The notes under the pieces were generated by a model. That model saw only the letters and a list, made by a program, of their open reading frames with translations, had not been told where the DNA came from and did no database searches. From assembly GCA_964519305.1 (NCBI GenBank), contig CAZFHY010000014.1, positions 1-64,000 on the forward strand: DNA of 64,000 nt. The letters are read 5' to 3'. The stretch is from Candidatus Undinarchaeota archaeon (GTDB taxonomy: Archaea; SpSt-1190; JASMDC01). Positions 20,104 to 33,365 of this stretch are shown here, piece by piece. Position numbers and translations under genes: made by a program. Within the stretch, counting starts at the first letter, position 1. Each line of letters begins with the position of its first letter.

Positions 20104-21622
20104 TCTAGCCCATTCGCTCGCCGAGACAGTGGCAACGCTCGGCTCACGTCGATGCATGTGCAATCCTGGTCAGGACGTCGTAGGTATTATCGACGCTTTG
20201 GAGGGGGTCATGGACACCACCATGTTCCCGACGGAGGTCGGGGCGGGATTCGCTGCTGACGGATATCGTCGTGTGGACCCGCGGGGGACGGACCTGCCCG
20301 TATGCGTCGTGACCGGGAAGGCCGGCGCCGCACACCTCGCCCTCCCCCTCGAGAACGCGTTCGCCGACAGCATCGGGATGCTGGCCGTGATGGGCAGGTG
20401 CAGAGTAGGACTTGCGCCAGTGAGCGTTGCGAAAGTTGACATAGGCGATGACGTCGACCATGGTCTGCCTAAAGTGGTGGACGCCTTCGAGCTCGCGTGC
20501 ACGCCCCCCCAGGGACCAGCTCTTGTCTCCCTCGATCGATCTGCCCAGTACGGACCGGCCGAGGCAGCGCCCCGTGAGCTCACATTCGAACCGAGAGGTC
20601 CAAATCCTCGTGATGTGGAGCTTGGCGCGGACATGATCGCCCGCGCTGAGCGACCGCTCCTTCTTCTGGGGAGCGGCTGCCTGTCAGGTGACAAGGAAGG
20701 GCTGCGCGAGGCAGTGAATGCCATCGGGATCCCCTGTGTGACCTCGATGCCCGCGCGGGGTGTTGTGGACGAGACACTTGAGCATTGCCTGGGCCCTGCA
20801 GGAATGCGCGGTACTACTGCTGCGAACGACGCCCTGCGCAAGGCCGATGTGGTCCTTGTCGCAGGCAGCTCCTTATCCCGACTGACGGTCCCTCCCGGAG
20901 CACTGGACGGTACACGGATATTCCGCGTGGACGTGCGGGGGAAGGCCGATGTGTGTGCGGACGCCGCGGAGTTCGTCACAGGGACGCTTCGTGCCGTCGG
21001 CGAACGTGAGCCGTGGGTCCGGGCGGACGGACATGTCACCTACGAGGGACCGTTCGCGTCTCCTGTCGCGGTATCAACGATCATGGACAACCTCCGTCCA
21101 GGCGACTGCCACGTCTACGATGTGGGGGCCTTCTCCATGTGGGCGTGTAATGCTGGTACAATCCGTGAGCCAGGAGCCTTCCTCATGCCCCACAACGTGT
21201 ACCCGCTCGGGTATGCCATCCCCGCCGCCATAGGGGCCCTCATGCGCGGGACCCGTCGACGGGTCGTTGCCGTATGCGGCGATGGTGGTTTCATCGCATC
21301 GCTGGCCACTCTCCCCAATGCAGCGGAGCACGACCTGACCATAGTAGTCCTGGACGACGGAGGGATGGACCTGATCCGCCAGCGACAGGATGAGCGGGGC
21401 CTCTCCACTTTGACCTCGAACCTCCCCCGTACCGATCCTATAGCGATGGCGCGGGGATGCGGTATCGAGTCAGTGCGTATCGACAGTCGTGAGGACCTCT
21501 CAGCCCAGCTGGAGGGCGCGGGGCATGGACCGCTTCTCGTCCACTGTCAGCTGGAACATGGACCCGGTGTCCTGGGCGCCCTGGAAGGCAACAATTTTAA
21601 AGTCAGGGATGGTTCGGGATGA
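20096..21622 (+). CDS. ThDP-dependent enzyme (acetolactate synthase/decarboxylase superfamily), divergent
   Basis: E.GAGFAADGY.R, PPQGPALV, AERPLLLLGSG, LGYAIPAAIGA, CGDGGF..VLDDGG ThDP motif; overlaps mtxX stop. Confidence 0.85.
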   Translation: MSDLAHSLAETVATLGSRRCMCNPGQDVVGIIDALEGVMDTTMFPTEVGAGFAADGYRRVDPRGTDLPVCVVTGKAGAAHLALPLENAFADSIGMLAVMGRCRVGLAPVSVAKVDIGDDVDHGLPKVVDAFELACTPPQGPALVSLDRSAQYGPAEAAPRELTFEPRGPNPRDVELGADMIARAERPLLLLGSGCLSGDKEGLREAVNAIGIPCVTSMPARGVVDETLEHCLGPAGMRGTTAANDALRKADVVLVAGSSLSRLTVPPGALDGTRIFRVDVRGKADVCADAAEFVTGTLRAVGEREPWVRADGHVTYEGPFASPVAVSTIMDNLRPGDCHVYDVGAFSMWACNAGTIREPGAFLMPHNVYPLGYAIPAAIGALMRGTRRRVVAVCGDGGFIASLATLPNAAEHDLTIVVLDDGGMDLIRQRQDERGLSTLTSNLPRTDPIAMARGCGIESVRIDSREDLSAQLEGAGHGPLLVHCQLEHGPGVLGALEGNNFKVRDGSG

Positions 21623-22634
21623 CGTGGTCAGTTCCACCCTGCGACTGAAAGCAGAGCTCCTCGCGTATGGCCGGATCCGCCTCCATCCCGGTGTTTCTAC
21701 GAAAGGTTTCTTATCCTCCCCATCCGCAGGGCCGGCAGCAGGTGAGCCCACTGTGTTCATCCGCATTGACGGTTCCCGAGTAAGACTCAGGCTCGATGAC
21801 AATTCGCGGATGGCCTTGACGGCCGGGATGACGCTCGAGCTTGACGGTGAAGTCATAGCCACAGGTGTCCAGATGGAGCCCGTCGTGGCACACTGTCCGG
21901 AACAGGTGTATACGACCGTTGTCCCGGGCTGCATCCACAATTGCGCATTCTGTGCTCTGGCGGGACATATCGCTAACGCTCGCTCCGAGGAGAAAATAAT
22001 ATCACGTATCGAGCGTGCCTTCGACTCGTCAGCGGTTGTCCCTGTAGCGCTAACGTCCGGTGTATCACCCGACGGATCCGAGGTGGACCTCTGTGTGAGT
22101 ATCGTGGAGCGTATCAAGGACAGATGGCGCGTGGTCCCTGTCGGCGTTTCGATATGTCTCAAGGACAAGAAGGACTTGAAGCGCCTCCAAGAGGCCGATT
22201 GCGACGAGATCAAGATCAACCTCGAGGTGGCCGATCGGGACATCCTACGTAGGGTGTGCCCACAGAAGGACAGGGCCCTCATCATCGACCTCATGAAAGA
22301 GGCCGTTGAGTTGTTCGGCCGGGGCCGTGTGTCCTCTAACATAATCCTGGGCCTTGGGGAGAGCGACCAGGCCGTGCTGGACACGATTGAGGAGCTCGCA
22401 GCAATAGGGGTCGTGGCCAACCTGCGACCTCTGGAGGTGACGCCCGCCATTGAGCCCGCCCTTGAGCGTGTCCTTGGGATAGGGTGTTTTGGTAGACCGC
22501 AGGCCGACCGGCTCATCCGTCTGGCCGAGAAGCAGTGCCAGATCCTTGCCAATCATCGTCTTTCAGCCTCAGGTATGGACACGATGTGCTCAGCATGCAC
22601 GGGATGCGATCTAGCCCCCGGACATGACCTGTGA
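21609..22634 (+). CDS. Biotin-synthase-related radical SAM protein (COG2516-like)
   Basis: LKAELL, SAGPAAG, HCPEQ, GCIHNCAFC (CX3CX2C), ALTSGV, C-terminal TMCSACTGCDL extra Cys cluster. Confidence 0.82.
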   Translation: MVRDDVVSSTLRLKAELLAYGRIRLHPGVSTKGFLSSPSAGPAAGEPTVFIRIDGSRVRLRLDDNSRMALTAGMTLELDGEVIATGVQMEPVVAHCPEQVYTTVVPGCIHNCAFCALAGHIANARSEEKIISRIERAFDSSAVVPVALTSGVSPDGSEVDLCVSIVERIKDRWRVVPVGVSICLKDKKDLKRLQEADCDEIKINLEVADRDILRRVCPQKDRALIIDLMKEAVELFGRGRVSSNIILGLGESDQAVLDTIEELAAIGVVANLRPLEVTPAIEPALERVLGIGCFGRPQADRLIRLAEKQCQILANHRLSASGMDTMCSACTGCDLAPGHDL

Positions 22635-22646
22635 GGTGGCCTGGAC

Positions 22647-23819
22647 ATGGCGTGCGAGCGGACGGACGATGAGGCTGCGTCACCGTACGCACGAAGGGCG
22701 CGGTTGAAGGGGCCGATCGAGCTTTATGATTCTACGCTCCGGGACGGCGAGCAGACCCCCGGCGTGTGCTTCAATCCAGACGAGAAGGTGGCGATAGCGC
22801 GTAAGCTAGACGCGATGGGCGTACCGATCATCGAGGCGGGATTCCCCGTTGTCTCGCCCAAGGAGGCCGAAGGCGTCAAGCGTATCGTTGAGGCAGGACT
22901 CGACGCACGACTCGTGGCGCTCTCGCGCCTCAGGGTAGAGGACATCGACGTCGCCGTTGATTGCGGTGTGGAGGGAGTGCTACTCTTTATCGCGAGCTCC
23001 GACCTTCACCTCGACCACAAGCTCCGCATGGACAGGGAAAAAGTACTGCAGGCCATCGATTCAAAGGTCGCCTATGCATGTGCCCGCGGGCTTCGCGTCC
23101 AGTTCACTCCGGAGGATGCTTCGCGAACAGATCCGGCCTTCCTCGCAGAAGTGCTCGCTTCAGCGGAGGCTGCGGGCGCCGATCGTGTGGGCGTGGCCGA
23201 CACCGTGGGCATCCTCGATCCGGCCGCGACCAGAAGGCTGGTGCGTACGGCCATGGACGCCGTGAAGGTGCCGGTCTCCGTCCATCTACATAATGACCTG
23301 GGTCTGGCGACCGCGAACACGCTCGCAGCTTTCGAGGAGGGGGCCATGGCAGCTGCCGTTACGGTGAACGGTATCGGCGAGCGGGCCGGCAACGCTTCCC
23401 TGGAAGAAGTGGCCACGGCGCTGGCCGTCCACTACGGTTACGACTGCGGCATCGATCTATCACAGCTCACTGAGCTCTCCGGGCTCGTCTCCAGGCTCAC
23501 GGGTATCCCTGTCCCGGGCAACAAAGCAGTGGTCGGTATCAACACATTCACGCACGAGTCCGGGATACATGTAGCAGCGGTGCTGGAGGAGCCCGCCACC
23601 TACGAACCGTTCCCTGCCGAGATGGTGGGAGGACGACGCCACCTTGTGTTCGGCAAACACAGTGGTCGCAAAGCCGTGCGCCACCTACTTCGAAAGGAGG
23701 GGCTCATCCATGATGCCGATGCCGTCGGTCGCTTACTGGCCCTGCTCAAGGACGTGGAAGGTCCGCTATCCCACCAGGACCTCTTGGAGCTTGCCAGGGA
23801 CGGGGGTCCAACGCGGTGA
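22647..23819 (+). CDS. aksA: Homocitrate synthase / AksA-type 2-oxoacid elongation synthase
   Basis: DSTLRDGEQTPG, HLHNDLGLATAN, GIGERAGN, HESGIH; 390 aa lacking the LeuA regulatory domain. The family is secure; the aksA label comes from context. Confidence 0.75.
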   Translation: MACERTDDEAASPYARRARLKGPIELYDSTLRDGEQTPGVCFNPDEKVAIARKLDAMGVPIIEAGFPVVSPKEAEGVKRIVEAGLDARLVALSRLRVEDIDVAVDCGVEGVLLFIASSDLHLDHKLRMDREKVLQAIDSKVAYACARGLRVQFTPEDASRTDPAFLAEVLASAEAAGADRVGVADTVGILDPAATRRLVRTAMDAVKVPVSVHLHNDLGLATANTLAAFEEGAMAAAVTVNGIGERAGNASLEEVATALAVHYGYDCGIDLSQLTELSGLVSRLTGIPVPGNKAVVGINTFTHESGIHVAAVLEEPATYEPFPAEMVGGRRHLVFGKHSGRKAVRHLLRKEGLIHDADAVGRLLALLKDVEGPLSHQDLLELARDGGPTR

Positions 23820-24820
23820 CGCGACCACTCGTTGTGGTCCGTGGTGACGGTGTGGGGCCCGAGGTCGTTGACGCGGCCCTTGCAGCTGCATCGCCTCTTC
23901 TGGTTGATTTCGAGCTCGTAGAGGCCCGGATGGGGCTGGCCTGCTTCAAGGATACAGGGAGCGCATTGCCGGCTGACACGCTCGATTCGATAAAGGAGGG
24001 GGGTCTCGCCCTCCTCGGCGCGGTCCAGACCCCGCCCAACGTCGATTACCGCTCACCGTTGCTCCGTATCAGACGAGAGCTTGATCTGTACGCCAACCTT
24101 CGTCCGGTGCGCGACCTCCGTGGCGGTCCTGTTGACCTGGTGGTCGTGCGCGAGAACCTCGAGTGCCTGTATGCGGGCCTGGAAGGTGGTAATGAGGACA
24201 CAGCCCTGGCGATACGAGTAATCACACGACAGAACTGCGAGAGGATATCGCGGTTCGCCCTGGAACGGGCCCAGGTTCGGCCGCTCGGCCATCGAATGGT
24301 GACCTGTGTGCACAAGGCCAACGTCCTTACACAGACCTGTGGTCTCTTCCGCGATACCTTCAACAAGGTGTCGGGCGACTACCCCGACGTACCCGTGAGC
24401 GAGCTACATGCGGACGTGTGCGCCATGAGGATGGTCATGGAGCCGGGCTCCCTCGACGTCCTGGTCACGACCAACATGTTCGGTGACATCCTCTCCGACC
24501 TGGCCGCTGGACTGGTCGGTGGCCTCGGTACGGTGCCTTCAGGCAATATCGGTGAGCGATGCGCAGTGTTTGAGCCCGTGCACGGGGCCGCGCCCGATAT
24601 CGCGGGGAAAGGTGTGGCCAATCCCGTCGCCGCCATCCTATCGCTCGCCATGCTGCTCGAGCATGCGGGTGACGTCGAGGAAGGTCGTCGCCTCACCCAC
24701 GCGGTCGAGTCATGCGTGCTGGCGGGAGAGACCACACCGGACCTCGGTGGTACCTTGAGCACCGATGCGGTCGCCAGGGCGGTCTTATCCCGGCTGGAGG
24801 CCGATCGTACGGAGGAGTGA
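23816..24820 (+). CDS. aksF: Homoisocitrate / beta-decarboxylating dehydrogenase (AksF-type)
   Basis: [54 protein letters not shown]; 4-nt overlap with aksA. Confidence 0.72.
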   Translation: MTRPLVVVRGDGVGPEVVDAALAAASPLLVDFELVEARMGLACFKDTGSALPADTLDSIKEGGLALLGAVQTPPNVDYRSPLLRIRRELDLYANLRPVRDLRGGPVDLVVVRENLECLYAGLEGGNEDTALAIRVITRQNCERISRFALERAQVRPLGHRMVTCVHKANVLTQTCGLFRDTFNKVSGDYPDVPVSELHADVCAMRMVMEPGSLDVLVTTNMFGDILSDLAAGLVGGLGTVPSGNIGERCAVFEPVHGAAPDIAGKGVANPVAAILSLAMLLEHAGDVEEGRRLTHAVESCVLAGETTPDLGGTLSTDAVARAVLSRLEADRTEE

Positions 24821-24822
24821 TC

Positions 24823-25464
24823 ATGCGCTGGAACGCCCATGTGATACTTGCCCTGTGCGGACTGCCCGTCATGGCGCGTCTTCTACCGGGCCTAGATCCA
24901 TTGGCGGACGGTCTGGTCGCCGCCATGACACTGTGCCTGGCCGCCATGCTCCCCGATTTCGACCGGGTGGAGGGTCTGGACCAGATCCCGGGCTATTTCA
25001 CTGGCGTCTGGCGCCGGACCCTTGCCGGTTGCGGAGTGCTCTACCCGCTTTTCCTCGTAGCCCGGTACGTGGGAGGCTGGCGCCCGGTCACTCCTGACCT
25101 GCAGCTCACGATGCTCCTTCTGGTCCTGGTAGCGGCCTCGTTCGTGGTTCTGGCGATCGTGTTCGCGACCATCACACGTTTGTTTGGGCTAGCGCACAGG
25201 AAGCTGCTCCACTCTCTTGTGCTGCCGGTGGCCGGTGCTGCTGTTGCCATGCTCGAGGGTATCCCGGTCATCGTTCCCATGTCGTTCGTCGTGGGATTCG
25301 CGTCCCATGTGCTCGCTGATTCGCTCACCCCTGCCGGTGTGTACCCGCTCTATCCTGTCTCGGTACGCCGTGTCTCTCTGGCGCTCGTGCATACGGGCGG
25401 GTGGGGCGAGCGGTCGTTCATGGCCCTGTTCTTGATCGCATTCGTGGTCCTGAGCATAGTGTGA
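24823..25464 (+). CDS. Metal-dependent membrane hydrolase (YdjM-like)
   Basis: N-terminal His, [26 protein letters not shown] motifs. Confidence 0.85.
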   Translation: MRWNAHVILALCGLPVMARLLPGLDPLADGLVAAMTLCLAAMLPDFDRVEGLDQIPGYFTGVWRRTLAGCGVLYPLFLVARYVGGWRPVTPDLQLTMLLLVLVAASFVVLAIVFATITRLFGLAHRKLLHSLVLPVAGAAVAMLEGIPVIVPMSFVVGFASHVLADSLTPAGVYPLYPVSVRRVSLALVHTGGWGERSFMALFLIAFVVLSIV

Positions 25465-25516
25465 GATCGCCACGGCTGGCGAAAGGAACTTAAAGCATCA
25501 CAGGTGTTTCGATAGT

Positions 25517-25921
25517 ATGCTCAGGCCGCTCAGGGAGGAGGTCCAGCGACTCGAAACGCAGGACTATGCGATGCTTGGCGCTGTAATAATATTCCTGGCC
25601 CTCGCGTGGCACCAGTTCCTCACGGAGATGCCCCTGACGCAAGTGACCGAGGAGAGCCAGACGGTGTTCATCATCTCCGGGCTTTTCGACCTAGTGCTCC
25701 TGCTGTTCATACTCAACCTGCTCTTCCACCTCCACCGTATCGAGCGCAGGCTCGAGGGAGAGGTAGAGGCCGTTGAGGCCGAGGTCAAGGACATCGAGGA
25801 CGAGGTCGAAGCTGTTGAGGAGGAGGTCCTCGAGGTGGAGGCCGAGGTCAAGGCCGTCGAGCACGATGTAGAGGTCGAGCGTGAGAAGTCACGGAAGGAT
25901 CGTAAGAAACGGAAGAAGTAA
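25517..25921 (+). CDS. Small 2-TM protein with acidic coiled coil
   Basis: Two hydrophobic helices, then heptads (VEAVEAE)n and a basic tail. Confidence 0.7.
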   Translation: MLRPLREEVQRLETQDYAMLGAVIIFLALAWHQFLTEMPLTQVTEESQTVFIISGLFDLVLLLFILNLLFHLHRIERRLEGEVEAVEAEVKDIEDEVEAVEEEVLEVEAEVKAVEHDVEVEREKSRKDRKKRKK

Positions 25922-25924
25922 CGG

Positions 25925-27598
25925 TCACGAGCCCGTATTGAGCTCCTTTTCCACTACCTCACGTGCCACTCTTGCATCCATAGTCGTGCTCCCGGCTCTC
26001 GCGAGCATTTCTCCGATGTTGTCCAGGAGCGCCCGGTCAGTGTCGGAGACCATGATGAGCGCATCCTCCTCGTCGGACACGACCGCACCCCGGAACGGAC
26101 CGCCCGCCACGTGCCCCTCGTCGCCGTGAAGCGCATAGTCGATGCGTACGCGTAGGGTACCGCTGGCCACAAGACGCAGATCGATGATATTGTCCTCGAG
26201 CGTGCGGTTGAGGGTGCGGAGCACGTCCTCCCGGGGGAGGAAGAACCCGGCGTGCACGAACCGTTCCACAGGCCCTTCGGGAAGGAGCACGATCTCGTCG
26301 TCCTGGTCCTCGACCGCGTCAAGTGATGCAAGTGCGCGCCACGCGTTGGCGAGGTCGTCACCCAGGTCCGTGCCGAACACCCCCCTGTATACCTTGCGTG
26401 GGACACCGCGGCGGGCTGCCAGAGTCCGCAGCACCCAGTGGATACGCTCCAGTCCGGGGTTCATGACGTAACCGCTGAACAGGGAACCGCCGCAGGGACC
26501 GTCACCTTCCATGCTCATGGTGCGGTAGCGTGCCTGGCCGAACACGTAGGACTCACTATGGATGCCAAGACCGAGCAGTGAGCAGGCGCGGATGTCATCG
26601 AAGTTGTAGAGCGCTCCGAGCTCGCGAGCCTTGTCGCTACCCACGAACCACTGCGAGGCTGAACCCGGACGCATCAAGGCCACGGGATCCATGGTCATGC
26701 CCGCCCTACCGGCCGCCTGCCGGAGGCGAGGGAGCACGTTTTCCGATAGACCACGTAGGTGTCTGTCGAAACCATCGAGATCTGAACCGTAGAACCTGTC
26801 AAGATAGTCGTCCCGGGGTTGGAGCGGGTATATGCAGACCGAGTCCGGTCCCAAGGCCGCAAGATGCTCGAACCCATCAATGAATGAGTCGGCCGTCTCG
26901 CCCCACAGTCCCAGGATGATGTCGCAGTTGACGCAGTCGATCCCGGCCGCATGGAGCTGTTCGATAGCGGCGGATACCACATCCTTGTCCTGGCGGAGAC
27001 GGTTCGCATCGTTCAGGACCGTTGCGTCCATGGACTGGACACCGAGGCTCACACGGTTGAAACCTGCATCATGAATGGCCCGTGCCTTCTCATGTGTCAT
27101 GTCGCAAGGATTGGATTCAAAGGTACGTTCGCCTCGGGGAGCGAGGTCGAACAGTTCACCAAGGGTTCCGAAGAGGTCCCTCACCTGCTCGGGTGAGAGG
27201 AGGCTTGGACTACCTCCGCCCACGTAAAGGGTGGAGAACGTCGTTCCATGGAGTGCACCGCTGAGGTACTTTGCGGCGGTCTTGATCCGGTCGCAGTACC
27301 CTTCGAGGGCGTCAGGTGATGGGAGGATGGTCGATGGGGAGACGCAGTAAGCGCACTTTGAGGAACACCAAGGGACCTCCACGAAGAGGTTGAGCTGGCG
27401 GTCCGCGCCGTCGGCGATGGACCGTGCCTCGCGTTCCCACATGGTCCTGATCTGGGGTGTGGTGAACCGTCGGCGTGGTAGGACCGCCGGAAGGAGGTCG
27501 ATGAGGAAGTAGTTATTGCGGTAGTCGAACCGCTCCTTCATCGCGCGGGCCAGGAGGTCGAAGAGCTGCCTGTCCGCCTCGACCGCATCGAGGGTCAC
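25925..27598 (-). CDS. HemN-like (class C) radical SAM protein with extensions
   Basis: VPWCSSKCAYC, YVGGGSPS, ESNP, RVSLGVQS, DIILGL motifs. Confidence 0.85.
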   Translation of the reverse strand: MTLDAVEADRQLFDLLARAMKERFDYRNNYFLIDLLPAVLPRRRFTTPQIRTMWEREARSIADGADRQLNLFVEVPWCSSKCAYCVSPSTILPSPDALEGYCDRIKTAAKYLSGALHGTTFSTLYVGGGSPSLLSPEQVRDLFGTLGELFDLAPRGERTFESNPCDMTHEKARAIHDAGFNRVSLGVQSMDATVLNDANRLRQDKDVVSAAIEQLHAAGIDCVNCDIILGLWGETADSFIDGFEHLAALGPDSVCIYPLQPRDDYLDRFYGSDLDGFDRHLRGLSENVLPRLRQAAGRAGMTMDPVALMRPGSASQWFVGSDKARELGALYNFDDIRACSLLGLGIHSESYVFGQARYRTMSMEGDGPCGGSLFSGYVMNPGLERIHWVLRTLAARRGVPRKVYRGVFGTDLGDDLANAWRALASLDAVEDQDDEIVLLPEGPVERFVHAGFFLPREDVLRTLNRTLEDNIIDLRLVASGTLRVRIDYALHGDEGHVAGGPFRGAVVSDEEDALIMVSDTDRALLDNIGEMLARAGSTTMDARVAREVVEKELNTGS

Positions 27599-27656
27599 GA
27601 TGACCAGCCCACGCCGCAGCTATTTAAAAGTGCGTGAATAGGACAGCACGGGGCTC

Positions 27657-29231
27657 ATGGCGGATCCTGCTACGCTCATTAACGCCGCCTATCCGCTCGT
27701 GCTCTACACCAATCTCGCTGCCATAGTACTGGCTATAGTTGGGATGCGAGTAACGTTCGCACGACGGTTAGAACCGATGGGGCGATCACTCCCGTTGCTC
27801 GTCATATTCCTTGTTGGAGGTCTCGCCCTGCGCGTGTTCCACGGCGTCCAAGCGGACCCGCTATGGTCGTCCGGCCAGGAGCAGCGTCTAGTGGCCAAGG
27901 GCCTCCTACTCAACCACGAGCTAACGGATTGTGGATGGGGAAGCTTCGTGGAATGCGACCGACCGGGATCACCGGGACACCCGGGGGGATACTCTACCAT
28001 ACTCGCTGCATGGTTCTCGCTCTTCGGGGCAACCCTGTGGTCGACCCGTGTGTTCTCCCTCCTGGCCAGCACGCTCGCGATCCCTCTCGCATACATAACC
28101 GCACTGCTGTTGTGGGATGACCGTCGTGCTGCCGAGGCGGCCGCGCTCATCACGGCCGTTCTCCCTTGGGCCGTTAACTTCGCAGGGCATGGTGACCTTG
28201 TCCCGGTGACCGCACCTTGGGTGCTTCTCTGCGTGTCCGCTGCAGCGCTGGCGGTCCATACTCGGAACCGCGGGCACCAGATGCTCACCGTGCTCGTGGT
28301 GTGCTACGCGGTCCATCTTTCTCTTGAGAACGGTCTCCTCCTGGGCATCCTCGTTCTCCTGCCCATCGTTCGACGGATGCTTCCATTCCTCGTGGTGGCG
28401 TTATTAGTGCTGCCGCTTATCGCGTGGCACCTCCAGATACCCGGTCATTTCCAACCGGGGGACGCGTCCTCGGTGACGCCCTTGGGTATGTTCTCCATCG
28501 ATGCGTTCCTCAGGGACGTTCCCGGCATCCTTAGGAGCCTCATCGCTCCAGATTCGTTCGGACCCCTCCCACTAATCCTCGTCGTATGTGCCCTTCTGGG
28601 CGGAAGGGACCGTCGTGGCGGTACTGTGGCGCTTGCGCTCCTTGTCGTGCTCTATTTGGTGACCTATGCTGCATATTGGACCGAGGACGTCTACGAGTAT
28701 CTCCCGCTGCCATTCACGCTCCTCGCGGTCCTGGGCGGAAAAGGCCTCGTTGTACTTGCGAGCTGGGCTGGGGATGATGACGCCGGTCGCACGCTCGCCG
28801 CTGTCGCCATTGTCCTTGCTCTTTCAGTGTCCTATGGTCGGTTCACGACAGTGTACCCGACGCTAACCACTACGGAGGACCTGGTCGCCGCCTCGTCCGT
28901 CGCATCGACGGACGGATACGTGATAACCTCGAGCTGCAACGGTGCACGCGCCCTCCTCTTCGCACGTGATGATGTAAAGGCCATATGCAGCGTATACGGT
29001 CTGGAGGTACTAGAGAGCAGGCTCGCGGAGCGCACGGACGTTCACTTCCTCCGCTCCTGGGAGTGCGACGCCCAAGATGGTTTCTACCTTCCAAAGCGGG
29101 ATAGGTACTATCTCTTCTGTCGCTCTATAGAACGCAACTTCCACATGGCCTTCGAAGGGAGCTATGGGGATATTATGGTCTATCGTCTTTCGCCAAGATC
29201 ACCGGATGAGCAGTACAACCCGGGGAGCTGA
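27657..29231 (+). CDS. GT-C fold membrane glycosyltransferase-like protein
   Basis: About 12 TM, HPGGY...LFG....R..SL..S motif of PMT_2-like proteins; divergent from the radical SAM gene across a TTTAAA box. Confidence 0.7.
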   Translation: MADPATLINAAYPLVLYTNLAAIVLAIVGMRVTFARRLEPMGRSLPLLVIFLVGGLALRVFHGVQADPLWSSGQEQRLVAKGLLLNHELTDCGWGSFVECDRPGSPGHPGGYSTILAAWFSLFGATLWSTRVFSLLASTLAIPLAYITALLLWDDRRAAEAAALITAVLPWAVNFAGHGDLVPVTAPWVLLCVSAAALAVHTRNRGHQMLTVLVVCYAVHLSLENGLLLGILVLLPIVRRMLPFLVVALLVLPLIAWHLQIPGHFQPGDASSVTPLGMFSIDAFLRDVPGILRSLIAPDSFGPLPLILVVCALLGGRDRRGGTVALALLVVLYLVTYAAYWTEDVYEYLPLPFTLLAVLGGKGLVVLASWAGDDDAGRTLAAVAIVLALSVSYGRFTTVYPTLTTTEDLVAASSVASTDGYVITSSCNGARALLFARDDVKAICSVYGLEVLESRLAERTDVHFLRSWECDAQDGFYLPKRDRYYLFCRSIERNFHMAFEGSYGDIMVYRLSPRSPDEQYNPGS

Positions 29232-29276
29232 CGTAAAGGGAAGGTATATACGGGGTCTGCAGGGCGTAGGCCAACA

Positions 29277-30143
29277 GTGCCTATCACACACGTGATCCTC
29301 GATTGGGATGGTACGATCACCGACATAGATCGTGAGTCGCAGTCATTCCAGGAGCTCTATCCCCAGATATTCTGTGAGCGTCTTGGCATCGATCAGAAGA
29401 AATACCACACTGTGTTCGATGAGCTACGGGAAGATGTGCTCAGCGATCCCGGAACGGGCTTCGAGATACTCGGCTATGATGTGGTCCCTGCCGCGGCCGA
29501 TCCTTACCTCTTGACACAGAAGACAATTCAGGTGACGCTCCAAGGATTGCAGGACGGGAGCCTCGATATCCCTCACTCGGACCTTCCCGATGACGAGAGC
29601 GCCTTCCTGATCGACCTGTACAAGGACGCCGTTGGACGCGTTGAGAACGGGGCCTACTTCAGGGAAGGGGAGCAGGCTACTAAGCGGTTCCTTGACGACC
29701 TCATCGCGCACAAGGATGTCGCTATCGTGACGAACTCGAGCACAGCGAAGGTAGAGGCGCAGCTCGGTGAGCTCGGCTATTCGAACGAGGACATATCGCG
29801 ATTCACGATCAGGGGCAATGCGAAGAAGCTCTTCGTGACCCCATCATACGAAGACCTCCCTGACGAGGTGATACCTCCCGGATTCCCGAGAGCTGTCCAG
29901 CTACGGAGGGGCCACTACCACGACGTCCTTTCGGACCTGGAACAGCAAGGCTACTCTCCGGAGAGCACTGCGGTGGTCGGCGACTGCTACGAGCTTGACC
30001 TTGCTCTACCAGAGGTCCTTGGCTATACTACCGTCCAGTTCGCCACGCCGTTCACACCGGAGCACGAGAGAGCCTACAACGAGGGCAAAGGGGATACCTC
30101 ATTCGTTCGGACGTACGGTGAGCTGAGCGAAGCGCTCTGCTGA
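29277..30143 (+). CDS. HAD-family hydrolase
   Basis: ILDWDGT motif I, VTNS motif II, VVGD.YELD motif IV. Confidence 0.85.
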   Translation: MPITHVILDWDGTITDIDRESQSFQELYPQIFCERLGIDQKKYHTVFDELREDVLSDPGTGFEILGYDVVPAAADPYLLTQKTIQVTLQGLQDGSLDIPHSDLPDDESAFLIDLYKDAVGRVENGAYFREGEQATKRFLDDLIAHKDVAIVTNSSTAKVEAQLGELGYSNEDISRFTIRGNAKKLFVTPSYEDLPDEVIPPGFPRAVQLRRGHYHDVLSDLEQQGYSPESTAVVGDCYELDLALPEVLGYTTVQFATPFTPEHERAYNEGKGDTSFVRTYGELSEALC

Positions 30144-30249
30144 ATAACGTTACAGTGAACTCACTTTCACCGGGCCAGCGCTGCAGCTACTGGGATGGTT
30201 ATCATCTACAAAAGTCCACAGCCCGGGCTGCCGGGTGTGAAAACATGGT

Positions 30250-30256
30250 AAAAAAA
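30250..30256 (-). terminator. Oligo-T terminator of the rRNA operon
   Basis: T7 run on the minus strand just after the 23S processing stem. Confidence 0.5.
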
Positions 30257-30283
30257 GTAGATAACCATGCATTCGTTCGGAAA

Positions 30284-33270
<2,987 letters not shown>

Positions 33271-33365
33271 ATTTCTTCCGAACGAATGCATGGCATCATC
33301 ATGACATGTGAGGTCATTACGCCGCCGGCCGCAAGGGGTTACCTTACGGACGGGATCAGGCTTGA

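Noticed and set aside
20096-24820. Ordinary ilvB/leuA/leuB branched-chain operon
   Set aside because: No ilvN/C/D or leuCD, the synthase lacks the LeuA regulatory domain, the ThDP enzyme is divergent, and the genes are coupled to methanogen markers. Not fully excluded without trees.
25925-27598. Bona fide coproporphyrinogen dehydrogenase HemN
   Set aside because: No tetrapyrrole genes nearby and atypical extensions; only family-level similarity is supported.
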